DNA of 64,000 bases, taken from NCBI GenBank assembly GCA_031413715.1, contig JANOFO010000007.1:90338-154337 (forward strand). Reading direction: 5' to 3'. This document shows, in pieces, positions 49,733 through 59,346 of this stretch. Within the stretch, counting starts at the first letter, position 1. Each line of letters starts with the position of its first letter. The notes beneath the pieces are model-generated. The model ran no database searches, was not told the origin of the DNA, and was given only the letters and a program-made list of their open reading frames with translations. Origin of the DNA: Minisyncoccota bacterium. GTDB lineage: Bacteria; Patescibacteriota; Minisyncoccia; Phycocordibacterales; UBA9973. The translations under genes were made by a program, and so were the position numbers.

Positions 49733-50350
49733 ATGGACAATAAACCAACCAAAGGTGAATATGTAGAGGTCTTATTGAGATCTCCTAAAACCGTCTTTTC
49801 CACCAAAGATGTTGCTTTGTTGTGGGGTGAAGAAAAAGAACAGACCGTTAGCGGACGATTGTACAAATACGTTAAGGCTGGAAAGTTGATCAAAATTCAT
49901 CGTGGTATTTATGCAAAAGACAAAAATTATAATCGCTTTGAATTGGCTACTCGCATTTATACTCCCTCCTACATAAGCTTTGAGACTGTATTGACTCGAA
50001 CTGGTATCAATTTCCAATTCTACGGAAACATTTTTGTCGCCTCGTACGTGACTCGAAATATTGAAGCTGGTGATCAGAAAATATCATTTATCCGGATGAA
50101 AGACTATGTCTTGAGTAACACTACCGGCATTGAGCATCAGGATGGCATTGCTACGGCCACCAAAGAGCGGGCTTTCTTGGACCGGATTTATGTCAGCAAG
50201 GATTATCATTTTGATAACTTAAACGCATTGGATTGGGACAAAGTCTTTCAGATTTTGCCGATCTATAACAATAAACGGATGGAGAAAAAAGTTAAATCCT
50301 ACTTTAAGCATTATAAAAGTGATCAACCAACTCAATCAAAAAATATATGA
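49733..50350 (+). CDS. abiEi: AbiEi-family antitoxin / transcriptional regulator
   Basis: N-terminal winged-HTH pattern ...RLYKYVKAGKLIKIHRGIYA. It overlaps the downstream toxin gene by 4 nt (ATGA). Confidence 0.7.
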   Translation: MDNKPTKGEYVEVLLRSPKTVFSTKDVALLWGEEKEQTVSGRLYKYVKAGKLIKIHRGIYAKDKNYNRFELATRIYTPSYISFETVLTRTGINFQFYGNIFVASYVTRNIEAGDQKISFIRMKDYVLSNTTGIEHQDGIATATKERAFLDRIYVSKDYHFDNLNALDWDKVFQILPIYNNKRMEKKVKSYFKHYKSDQPTQSKNI

Positions 50351-51042
50351 AATTAGATTACTCAAAACACAAAAATATTTTGTTGCAGATTTTGAAGGAT
50401 ATTTATTCCGATACATCTATCGCGCCTCATTTGGGCTTTAAGGGTGGAACGGCCGCTCTGTTGTTCTATGGCTTGACCCGTGATTCGGTTGATTTGGATT
50501 TTGATCTATTGAACGAAGAAAAAGAAACTGAAGTATTTGAAAAGATTCAAAAAATGATTTCCAGTTACGGGACTGTCGTTGATTCTAGAATTAAGAAATT
50601 CAATCTATTGAATGTTCTCTCATATGCCCCTGGAGCTCAAAGAATAAAGGTTGAAGTTAATCGTAGAAATTTCAGATCGAAGTATGAGCTAAAGACCTTG
50701 CTTGGCATATCAATGTTGGTAATGGCGCAGGAAGATATGTTCGCCCATAAGCTTATGGCTATGCACGAGCGTATCGGTAAAACGAGCCGTGATGTGTACG
50801 ATGTTTGGTATTTCTTGGAAAATCACTGGCCGATTAATAAAGAGATTGTTGAACAGCGTTCCGGCAAGACATTCAAGGAAGTTTTGCAATTGACTGCCGA
50901 ACAATTGGAGAAAATGGACAATAAGCACGTTCTCGATGGCTTAGGTGATTTTCTTACGGAGCCACAGAAAGACTGGGCTAGAGCAAAGTTAAAATCCGAG
51001 ACTATCTTTCTTTTGAAAGCTCGGATGGAAAGCGAAAAATAA
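50347..51042 (+). CDS. abiEii: AbiEii/AbiGii-family nucleotidyltransferase toxin (DUF1814)
   Basis: FKGGTAALLFYGLTRDSVDLDFD NTase G-x(n)-DxD motif and SRDVYDVWYF motif. Confidence 0.8.
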   Translation: MKLDYSKHKNILLQILKDIYSDTSIAPHLGFKGGTAALLFYGLTRDSVDLDFDLLNEEKETEVFEKIQKMISSYGTVVDSRIKKFNLLNVLSYAPGAQRIKVEVNRRNFRSKYELKTLLGISMLVMAQEDMFAHKLMAMHERIGKTSRDVYDVWYFLENHWPINKEIVEQRSGKTFKEVLQLTAEQLEKMDNKHVLDGLGDFLTEPQKDWARAKLKSETIFLLKARMESEK

Positions 51043-51047
51043 CATTT

Positions 51048-51239
51048 ATGCCAAAGGAAATCGCCATCAAAACTGAGAAAGAAACCTACATCAAGTGCAA
51101 GAAGTGTGGCACTGAGATTTTTTCTATTACGTATGGGGATTTAACCTCATGTAAATGTGGGGCTGTTTCTGTCGATGGCTCTAAAGAATTAGTGAGAGTT
51201 GTCGGTAAACCAGAGGATTACGAAGAAATCCAAAAATAA
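51048..51239 (+). CDS. small zinc-ribbon protein
   Basis: CKKCGTEIF...CKCGAVS CxxC...CxC pattern, 63 aa. Confidence 0.35.
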   Translation: MPKEIAIKTEKETYIKCKKCGTEIFSITYGDLTSCKCGAVSVDGSKELVRVVGKPEDYEEIQK

Positions 51240-52917
51240 ATTTATGCCTGAAAAAGATTTACAAAAAGAAATAATAGATTTGAAAGCCGAAGTAAAAAGG
51301 CTGAAAAAAAGTCGTCAGTACGGCTTGGTTTGGGAGCATAAGCCCGAGGATATTGTTTTAGAGAGCAATGAGAATATTCCCATTCTTAAGGAAGTAAAAG
51401 GCAAAAAAGTCTTTATTGATAGTTTGGTGCCAAACAACTTTTTAATCGAAGGCGATAACTATCACGCCTTGGCAGTTTTGAATTACACTCACCGCCGACA
51501 ATTTGATGTGGTTTATATCGATCCTCCCTATAACACCGGCGCTAGAGATTGGAAATACAACAATGACTTCGTTGATATAAACGATGAGTACAGACACAGT
51601 AAATGGCTGTCTTTGATGGCTAATAGACTTGTGCTAGCAAAAAATCTTCTCAAGGAAGATGGTGTACTCGTTATTGCGATCGACGACAACGAAGTGCATC
51701 ATCTACGGGTTTTACTCGAACAGCTGATGCCCTCGTATGACGTTACTTCGATAACTCTTGTGCATAATCCGAGAGGAAACATAACAAATAACTTCGCACG
51801 TACCCACGAGTATGCTCTTTTCGTTATCCCGAAAGGGCTATCTGCTATATCCCGCACGAAAAAGGATAATTCGGTATTAAGAAAAATGCGAAGATGGGGT
51901 CATAATTCAACACGAACAGCACGACCCACGATGTTTTATCCGGTCTATGTCAAAGATGGGAAGATTTCCCGAATCGGAGAAGCTCCAGAGAAAGATTTTC
52001 ATCCAAAAAATAAAAACATCAAGTTGGCCACCGGCGAAATTGAGGTATGGCCTATCGATCAGGACGGCGTAGAACGACGTTGGAATTTCGGACTTGATAG
52101 AGTGAATGATGAACTTGAGAGAATGGTTGCTGTTGAAGCAAAGAGTGAGTTTGATATTTTCTTAACGCAAGAAGATACGACGACCAAAACAGTCTGGACG
52201 GAAACGGACCTAGAAGCCGGAAGACATGGATCGACTTTGGTGAAAACAATCACAGGAAAAGACTTTCCTTTCCCTAAATCCATTCACACAGTCAGAAAGT
52301 GTTTGGAATTAATTATTGGTAATCGTCCAAATGCAAAAGTCCTAGACTATTTCGCAGGTTCCGGAACAACAGGACATGCGGTATTGGAAATCAATAAAGC
52401 CGATGGAGGCAACCGGCAATTTGTTTTGTGTACGAACAATGAGAGTAATATCTGCGAGGAAATAACGTATGAGCGAGTTAAAAGGGTAATAAAGGGCTAT
52501 AAGAACGGAAAGGATGAAAAAGTAGTGGGTATTCCAGCAAACTTTGCTTATTACAAAACAGATTTAATAAGTGTTGGCTTGCTAAAGAAAATCTCGGACG
52601 ATGCAAAAGTTAAGGTTACCTACCAAGCTGGAGAGATGATCGCTGTGCGTGAGGATACACTGAATGAAGTCGAGAAGAACGACTGGTGGCAAATCTTCGA
52701 GGGACGAGGACGAATGACTGCAATTTATTTCAAAGAGGATAAAGCCAAGCTTGCCGAACTGATAGCAAAATTGGAAAAGAAAGATGAGCCTATTGCTCTG
52801 TATATCTTCAGCTGGGGCAAGAACGAGTACAAGGGCGAATATTCTTCCGCCAGTATCCGAGTCGAGGATATTCCCGAGCCAATCCTTGAGGTGTATAAGG
52901 AACTAAACCGCCTATAA
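51199..52917 (+). CDS. mod: Type III restriction-modification methyltransferase (Mod), N6-adenine/N4-cytosine class
   Basis: VVYIDPPYNTG motif IV precedes FAGSGTTGHAV motif I (beta-class order). The likely true start is the ATG at 51244. Confidence 0.85.
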   Translation: MSVNQRITKKSKNKFMPEKDLQKEIIDLKAEVKRLKKSRQYGLVWEHKPEDIVLESNENIPILKEVKGKKVFIDSLVPNNFLIEGDNYHALAVLNYTHRRQFDVVYIDPPYNTGARDWKYNNDFVDINDEYRHSKWLSLMANRLVLAKNLLKEDGVLVIAIDDNEVHHLRVLLEQLMPSYDVTSITLVHNPRGNITNNFARTHEYALFVIPKGLSAISRTKKDNSVLRKMRRWGHNSTRTARPTMFYPVYVKDGKISRIGEAPEKDFHPKNKNIKLATGEIEVWPIDQDGVERRWNFGLDRVNDELERMVAVEAKSEFDIFLTQEDTTTKTVWTETDLEAGRHGSTLVKTITGKDFPFPKSIHTVRKCLELIIGNRPNAKVLDYFAGSGTTGHAVLEINKADGGNRQFVLCTNNESNICEEITYERVKRVIKGYKNGKDEKVVGIPANFAYYKTDLISVGLLKKISDDAKVKVTYQAGEMIAVREDTLNEVEKNDWWQIFEGRGRMTAIYFKEDKAKLAELIAKLEKKDEPIALYIFSWGKNEYKGEYSSASIRVEDIPEPILEVYKELNRL

Positions 52918-52922
52918 AATAT

Positions 52923-55199
52923 ATGTTTGCACTAAAACCATTTCAGGAAACCGCAGTATCAAAACTCAAGAACGAGTTTCTTTCGCTGTGGAAGTTACCG
53001 AATCAAAACACACCGCTTGTTTTCAAATCTCCTACCGGCTCGGGCAAGACCATTATGCTGGCGCAGTTTTTGCGCGATATCGTAAGCGATCCACGCTTTG
53101 AAGGTAATGACGTAGCGTTTGTGTGGTTCTCGTTCAGCGAGGACTCATACGCACAGAGTAAGAAGAAACTCTTTGAATACTATGGTGGCGCATCAGAACT
53201 CGACTTGATTGACCTTAACGACCTTTCCCGTGGGAAACTTCATAAAAATGATGTTTTCTTTATTAACTGGCAAAAGATTAAAGGTAAAACAAAGGATAGT
53301 CGAAAGCTTCGCCGTGAAAACGAGCAAGGACTCACATTCGACAATTTTATAAACGAAACTCATGACGATGGACGCAAAATTGTTGTGATCATCGACGAGG
53401 AGCATATTGGTTCGGATACAGAACTAGCGCTGGAAGTCGTGGACGGACTCATCAAGCCGAAAATAACGCTTCGAGTATCTGCTACGCCAAAATATATCCC
53501 TACCCGCGCCGATACTGCGGGTTATGTCGAAGTAAAGCGAGCCGAAGTTGTGGAGGCCGGACTTATTAAAGAAAAGATTGTTTTTCAAACTGAAGAAGAT
53601 TTAGGACAAAAGGCAGTCAAGAAACTCGATCAAGATGAGATGCTTTTGGAGCTTGCTTATAACAAACGGCAGGACCTTATTGATCTATACAAAGAAATTA
53701 AGACTGAAGTAAATCCGTTGGTGCTTATCCAGTTGCCAAACGATGACCAAGCCACGAAAGAAACAAATGGTACGACCAAACAACAGATTGTTTTGGACTA
53801 CTTCAAGCGCAAAGGTGTGAAAGAAAACGAGATCGCCGTATGGCTCTCAAAAGAAAAGGAGAACCTTGAGGATTTGGAAAAGAGCAATTCTCCGGTCTCA
53901 TTCCTCCTATTCAAGCAAGCGGCCGCGACCGGCTGGGATTGTCCACGGGCTGGCGTGCTTGTGATGTTTCGCGAGATTAAGAATCCGACTTTTGCCATTC
54001 AAACTGTTGGCCGTATTTTGCGTATGCCGTTTGGAACTCATTTTGCTCATCCCGAGCTTAACCTCGGTTATCTCTACACAAACTACAAGCGCAACGAGGT
54101 GCTTGCGGAATATGCCAAGTCAAAAACGGAAAATCGCCCAGCGATCAATGGCAGTTATCGTAAGAAAAACATAAAGCCGGTCAAGCTTGAATCCGTCTTT
54201 ATGACACGTGCCGACTATAACGATCTCGGTGATACATTCCAACAGACATTCAAGAAAGTTGCGGATAAGAACCTTGATATTAAGAATTTGGATTTGAAAC
54301 CAAAAGTAACGAATGGTCTTATTGTTGGTGTCGAGATTGACGACTATGACAACTTTACGAAAGAGCTTTTTGAGGAAGGTGGGAGTCATGACCAAGAAAT
54401 GTCGAGGCATGACCTCGAACGACTCTATAACCTGCTTTGTTTCAAGATAATTGCCAAGCAGACAGATGAGAATAGAAAATTTGCGCCCGAACGTTCGTGG
54501 GGAAAGCTAAAAACCGCACTCAATATCTGGCTTATGGGTAAGCTGGGAGCTTCGCGTACTGATGCTTACAAAATTATTGTAAACGATCTTGTGAGTCCGG
54601 CAGGCGCTCTTGCTCCCGTCATTGGTGATGCACTTCTTGAGTATCGCCCTCTTCGAGAGCAGGAAGTTAACAAGAAATCTGCCCGAGCGAAGCGTATCGA
54701 GCACATCGAAATTCCGCGTGAGGCACTGTTCTTTACCGATCAATATGAGTCTATTACTACAAAGAAATCCGCGATGGAACCATTTTGGCTCGAGAAAGGA
54801 ATGTTTGGTGCGGTAAATGAAAAAGCTTTTATTGAATTTCTCGAATCTCCAAAGAATAAAAACGTAGTCTGGTGGTACAAAAATGGCGACTCCGGAAGCG
54901 AGTATTTCTCAATCTCTTACTATAATTCTGATGAGAACAAGGAGAAGCTGTTTTATCCCGACTGGATCGTTCAGTCTAAAGGCGAGGTTTATATCCTTGA
55001 TACCAAAGCCGGGATAACCGCCGAGAGCAATGACACAAAATATAAAGCTGAAGCTCTACAAGCATGGCTCAAAGGTAGGAAAGGTTTTGATGGTGGTATT
55101 GCAGTTCAAGACGGACCTAATGGCTGGAAGATAAATCGGAATGCTAAATATACTTACGACTCGTCAATGAAAGGCTGGGAGGTTTTTGAATTGAAATAG
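52923..55199 (+). CDS. res: Type III restriction endonuclease / helicase subunit (Res)
   Basis: SPTGSGKT Walker A, VIIDEEH DEXH box and QTVGRILR motif VI; 758 aa, 5 bp after mod. Confidence 0.85.
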   Translation: MFALKPFQETAVSKLKNEFLSLWKLPNQNTPLVFKSPTGSGKTIMLAQFLRDIVSDPRFEGNDVAFVWFSFSEDSYAQSKKKLFEYYGGASELDLIDLNDLSRGKLHKNDVFFINWQKIKGKTKDSRKLRRENEQGLTFDNFINETHDDGRKIVVIIDEEHIGSDTELALEVVDGLIKPKITLRVSATPKYIPTRADTAGYVEVKRAEVVEAGLIKEKIVFQTEEDLGQKAVKKLDQDEMLLELAYNKRQDLIDLYKEIKTEVNPLVLIQLPNDDQATKETNGTTKQQIVLDYFKRKGVKENEIAVWLSKEKENLEDLEKSNSPVSFLLFKQAAATGWDCPRAGVLVMFREIKNPTFAIQTVGRILRMPFGTHFAHPELNLGYLYTNYKRNEVLAEYAKSKTENRPAINGSYRKKNIKPVKLESVFMTRADYNDLGDTFQQTFKKVADKNLDIKNLDLKPKVTNGLIVGVEIDDYDNFTKELFEEGGSHDQEMSRHDLERLYNLLCFKIIAKQTDENRKFAPERSWGKLKTALNIWLMGKLGASRTDAYKIIVNDLVSPAGALAPVIGDALLEYRPLREQEVNKKSARAKRIEHIEIPREALFFTDQYESITTKKSAMEPFWLEKGMFGAVNEKAFIEFLESPKNKNVVWWYKNGDSGSEYFSISYYNSDENKEKLFYPDWIVQSKGEVYILDTKAGITAESNDTKYKAEALQAWLKGRKGFDGGIAVQDGPNGWKINRNAKYTYDSSMKGWEVFELK

Positions 55200-55201
55200 A
55201 C

Positions 55202-56386
55202 ATGATATTAGAACCAGAAAAATCAGAGGAAGAAATAGTTGATAACTATCGCACCGATACGCTTTATACGCATAAATTCAAAAATGATGCCGGTAAGTAT
55301 TTCACTATTGTTTCAAGAGATGGTAATAATGTGCCAGATGCAGTCGATGTAGAACATCCTTATCCTGTAATAAGGAATAAGATTAAAACCACATTTACTT
55401 TCATTAAACAAAATAATGAAATTACGGATGTATCGTTTAAGCGCTTCAAGTACTACAAGAATAAAGGCTATGTTGAGCAAGAAGAGCAAATTGTTTTTTC
55501 ATTCCCGTTTTTCAAACAGATTATCGGCTACCTACAACTTCTCTCGGAACTAAATCTTGTTGATGTGAATGAGAGGAGAATAGCACTTGCTGATGACAAC
55601 CTACCAAATTTAGACGATGAGACCAAGAAGAAGATTAAAACTCTTTTACTACGAAAGGACGGGCAACAAATCATAGAAGAGGTGTTGGCTAGTGGAATTA
55701 TAACCTCGACTGACATAGTTAATATTGGATATCGCAAGAAGCAACTTGAGATTTTCGACAAACTTATAAACCAAGCTGATTATTTCTCGACCTATGTATC
55801 AGAAAATGAACTTACTGATACCCGCCACGAATCGGTCTGGCAACATTTTTTCCATACTAACGATTGGATTTTTGGTTATGGATTAGATTATCGTTTTCTT
55901 GGCATCCTACAAAAAGAAGCTCATGTAACCGGCTCGGATGTTGCTGGGAAGGATTCTGTGATAAACGATTTTCTATTAGGATGTAGTAAATTTACAGTTT
56001 TAGTTGAATTAAAGAAGCACGACACTCCGCTATTTGGTAAAGACAAGAATCGCTCAAATTCTTGGACTCTTTCCGATGACTTAATATCCGGTCTTTCTCA
56101 AATCCTAGAACAAAAAGCGAGCTGGCAGATTTCGGCGGAAACAAATCCTAGTGGAAATTTTGATGATCAAGGAAACCCAATAAAACAAAAGACTATTGAC
56201 CCCAAAAGTATTCTTGTTATCGGATCAACTAAACAATTTGACGGGGATGAAAAAGAAAAACAAATCAAAGCAAAAACATTTGAACTCTTTCGGCGTGATT
56301 CTAGGAATATAGAAATTCTCACTTACGATGAATTGTACGAGAGGGCGAAGTTTATTGTTGAACATAAATTTAAAGCTAAAAAATAA
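55202..56386 (+). CDS. DUF4263 (Shedu SduA-like) PD-(D/E)xK nuclease-domain protein
   Basis: C-terminal ...WQHFFHTNDWIFGY...DFLLGCSKFTVLVELKKHDTPLF...SQILEQKASWQ...KSILVIGSTKQF...NIEILTYDELYERAKFIVEH matches the DUF4263 layout (D-x(n)-ExK, then ...TYDdLl). Its start is 2 bp after the res stop. Confidence 0.55.
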   Translation: MILEPEKSEEEIVDNYRTDTLYTHKFKNDAGKYFTIVSRDGNNVPDAVDVEHPYPVIRNKIKTTFTFIKQNNEITDVSFKRFKYYKNKGYVEQEEQIVFSFPFFKQIIGYLQLLSELNLVDVNERRIALADDNLPNLDDETKKKIKTLLLRKDGQQIIEEVLASGIITSTDIVNIGYRKKQLEIFDKLINQADYFSTYVSENELTDTRHESVWQHFFHTNDWIFGYGLDYRFLGILQKEAHVTGSDVAGKDSVINDFLLGCSKFTVLVELKKHDTPLFGKDKNRSNSWTLSDDLISGLSQILEQKASWQISAETNPSGNFDDQGNPIKQKTIDPKSILVIGSTKQFDGDEKEKQIKAKTFELFRRDSRNIEILTYDELYERAKFIVEHKFKAKK

Positions 56387-56535
56387 TGAGAAGAAAACGG
56401 GACCCGAAATTTAAGGTTGAGGTGGTTTATAAAGGGGTACCGGACAAGAAAGATAACGTGCGCCAACTTTGGGATTTGCTAGTTTCCTTGCCTGATCCAG
56501 AGAAAGTGTCAAGGGAGATTAAAAAGGCTAATTGA
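56386..56535 (+). CDS. 49-aa ORF translationally coupled (TAATG) to the DUF4263 gene
   Basis: Manual translation MRRKRDPKFKVEVVYKGVPDKKDNVRQLWDLLVSLPDPEKVSREIKKAN. Confidence 0.2.
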   Translation: MRRKRDPKFKVEVVYKGVPDKKDNVRQLWDLLVSLPDPEKVSREIKKAN

Positions 56536-56643
56536 GTATGTAAGTCTATTTTGAGAAGTGGTATAATATTATTAATCAATTTATAAATAATTAATCGCCA
56601 GCTATTTTATTGGATCAAAATACAATAAAGCGACTGGTTCAAT

Positions 56644-59013
56644 ATGAATATGAAAATATTATATAAACTCAGTTCGTTTTTATTAGTATTCTCTCTCGTT
56701 ATCCTACCAACCGCTCCGGCCTTTGCTCAACTGGGAGATGTATCAGCACCGACAGTTGAAGCTTCTCCGGCTCCAGCACCCGAGCCCACACCTCCTCCAG
56801 TAGTTGAACCTACACCGGCTCCCGTACCGGAAACAGAAGGTCTTGAACCAGAAGTTCAGACTACAACTGAAGTATCAACTCCTCCAGTAACTCAATCCGG
56901 GCCCGAAGTTTCCGTAGGAACTGGATCAGGAGTTACGGTTACGGATACAATTGCACCCACCATCTCCGGTGTGGCCGATCTCTCACTTGGTTTAAGCGAA
57001 GCCACGATCGTTTGGACTACAGACGAACTTGCCGTCTCCCAACTTGAATATGGCACGACACAAAGCTATGGCCAGAGCGTCACACTTCCCGCAACTGGTC
57101 TTCTTGCTCATACAGCCATACTTCTCAACCTTTCTCCAAATACCACATATTACTACTGCATCCACGCCACTGATCTAGTCGGCAACACGAGAAATTCCTG
57201 CGGGCATACGTTCCAAACAGCAGCGCATCAGAGTGTCGAGGACACGACACCGCCAAATGTCACCTTGATTACTGTTGCTCCCATCACCACCACATCGGCA
57301 ACGATAAACTTCACCACCGACCTTGTCGGTAATGCTCGCGTCGAGTACGGCATGACTGCAGGGTATGGAGAAAGCACACCGCTTGATACGACCTTGAGCT
57401 TGAACCACAGTGTCGCTCTTTCAAATCTAACTCCAAACACCTTGTACCACTATCGTGTCATTACAAGCGACGAGCTTGGCAATGAGAGCATCACTTCCGA
57501 CGAGACATTTACCACCGAATCTATTGCCGCCGTTGATGCGGGAGTGACTACTCCTGAAACAGTGAACGTAGGTACGGGACAAACGGGTGTGAATGCATCG
57601 GTTGTCATTTCCGCTGTCGATACCGTATCAATCAGCACCTCGGCGGCAACGATCACTTGGCACACCAATCTTCCATCGGATTCACAAATCGAATACGGCG
57701 ACAGCGAGAATTTCGGGTCGCAAAGCACTTTGAGTTCAGCATTGACGACTTCGCATTCCGTCACGCTCACCGGTCTCGCCCCAAATACCAATTATATTTT
57801 CCGGGTGAAATCGAAGCCTCTTGGCGCAAGCGTTGCTACTATTTCGCAAAACTATGAGTTCAATACGCTCAATCATTCGATTCCAGTCGTCGCTCCGGCA
57901 AACATCATTTCCGTTTCTTCCGGATCGGTGACGAACACTGGGGCGACTATCAGTTGGACGACGGACAAGGATGCAACATCGCAAGTTGAATATGGATTGG
58001 ACACGACATACGGCTCGCGCAGCACTTTCCAGTCAGGCCTTGTCACAAGCCACTCGGTTTCTCTCGCAGGACTTTCTTCCGGCACGACATACCACTACAG
58101 AGTCAAGTCGGTTGATGAAGCTGGTAACATTACCTTTTCGGAAGATTACACCTTCACCACATCGGGTACTTCTTCGGGTGTTGTGGCACCGCATGTCACA
58201 CCAACACCTATCGGTGAGGCAGTTACGCCCGTAGTCGACGTAAACGGAGCCGACTCGCAGGTGATCTTCGAGATCAATGAGGGGAATCCAGATATTGTCG
58301 AAGATGTCGTAATCGAGCGTGACGGACAAGTGATCTACGAAGGAACAAGCCAGACCTTTACTGACACTAATCTTGTAAACGGTCATGACTATCACTACAC
58401 CGTCTTTGCTCGTGGGGGCGGAGGATCAAGTTCGGGGAGAGTCAACATTACCATCGCTCCGCAAGCAGGAGTTCGACAGGTTCAGTTTAACGAAAGTGGC
58501 ACACTTGCATCATCAACCCCAGCATTTCACTTCGTGAAGACATGGCAAAAAGGTGACAAGGATATCGAAATCGAACATTTGCAGGAAATTCTCGTTGCAG
58601 ACAAAGATTCATATCCGGAGAAATATGTGACTGGTTACTTCGGCTCTTTGACTCAAGCCGCACTCAAACGTTTTCAGGCAAAGCATGGACTTTCGCAGAC
58701 AGGAATTGTTGATGTGGTAACCCAAGCAAAACTTAATACTGTCTCTCATTCTGAAACAAAGCTCAATGTCCCGCATGATTATGTTGTCTTCTCAACTGAC
58801 CTCAAACGTGGTGATCAGGGCGAAGCGGTCAAAGACCTGCAACAATATCTGATCCATGAGGGTAGCTACGTCGAGGCACTCGTCTCCGGCTACTTCGGTA
58901 ATTACACCCACAATGCGGTAAAGAAATTCCAGACCAAATATGGTGTGACTCCGGTATCAGGGTTCGTCGGTTACAAAACACGTCACAGAATGCAACAGCT
59001 TACTGGAATGTAG
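56644..59013 (+). CDS. secreted surface protein: Pro-rich linker, five tandem FN3-like (purple-acid-phosphatase-N-like) repeats, two C-terminal peptidoglycan-binding domains
   Basis: Signal peptide ...PTAPAFAQ, APAPEPTPPPVVEPTPAPVP, five copies of the Q(L/V)EYG.T..YG......L.T.HSV.L.GL.PNT.Y.YRV pattern, and two PG_binding_1-like GD(K/Q)...L(Q)..L......GYFG..T..A(L/V)K(R/K)FQ.K(H/Y)G modules. Confidence 0.7.
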   Translation: MNMKILYKLSSFLLVFSLVILPTAPAFAQLGDVSAPTVEASPAPAPEPTPPPVVEPTPAPVPETEGLEPEVQTTTEVSTPPVTQSGPEVSVGTGSGVTVTDTIAPTISGVADLSLGLSEATIVWTTDELAVSQLEYGTTQSYGQSVTLPATGLLAHTAILLNLSPNTTYYYCIHATDLVGNTRNSCGHTFQTAAHQSVEDTTPPNVTLITVAPITTTSATINFTTDLVGNARVEYGMTAGYGESTPLDTTLSLNHSVALSNLTPNTLYHYRVITSDELGNESITSDETFTTESIAAVDAGVTTPETVNVGTGQTGVNASVVISAVDTVSISTSAATITWHTNLPSDSQIEYGDSENFGSQSTLSSALTTSHSVTLTGLAPNTNYIFRVKSKPLGASVATISQNYEFNTLNHSIPVVAPANIISVSSGSVTNTGATISWTTDKDATSQVEYGLDTTYGSRSTFQSGLVTSHSVSLAGLSSGTTYHYRVKSVDEAGNITFSEDYTFTTSGTSSGVVAPHVTPTPIGEAVTPVVDVNGADSQVIFEINEGNPDIVEDVVIERDGQVIYEGTSQTFTDTNLVNGHDYHYTVFARGGGGSSSGRVNITIAPQAGVRQVQFNESGTLASSTPAFHFVKTWQKGDKDIEIEHLQEILVADKDSYPEKYVTGYFGSLTQAALKRFQAKHGLSQTGIVDVVTQAKLNTVSHSETKLNVPHDYVVFSTDLKRGDQGEAVKDLQQYLIHEGSYVEALVSGYFGNYTHNAVKKFQTKYGVTPVSGFVGYKTRHRMQQLTGM

Positions 59014-59069
59014 CATTTGGTTTTTCTCAGCCTTGCTTAGTATACCCCCTAGGGGGTATACTTGTTTAT

Positions 59070-59345
59070 ATGAAATATATGGATGATAAAAATAAAGGTC
59101 GGATCATTCGGCGACTCAAGCTTCTTGAGGGTCAAGTGCGTGGCCTTCAGAAAATGGTTGAAAATGATACCTATTGCATCGACGTGATCACTCAAACGTC
59201 GGCAGTAAAACAAGGACTCTCAAATGTTGAAGACTTGTTGCTCGAAAATCATCTCAGTGGATGTATCCTCGACCAAGTAAAATCTGGTCAAACCAAGAAA
59301 GCAAAGGAGGAAATTCTAAAGGTATATAAACTCAAGAGAAAATAA
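59070..59345 (+). CDS. csoR: CsoR/RcnR-family metal-sensing transcriptional repressor
   Basis: ...LEGQVRGLQKMVENDTYCIDVITQTSAVKQGL...HLSGCI has the Cys-His-Cys metal ligands of the DUF156/CsoR fold. Confidence 0.8.
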   Translation: MKYMDDKNKGRIIRRLKLLEGQVRGLQKMVENDTYCIDVITQTSAVKQGLSNVEDLLLENHLSGCILDQVKSGQTKKAKEEILKVYKLKRK

Positions 59346-59346
59346 T

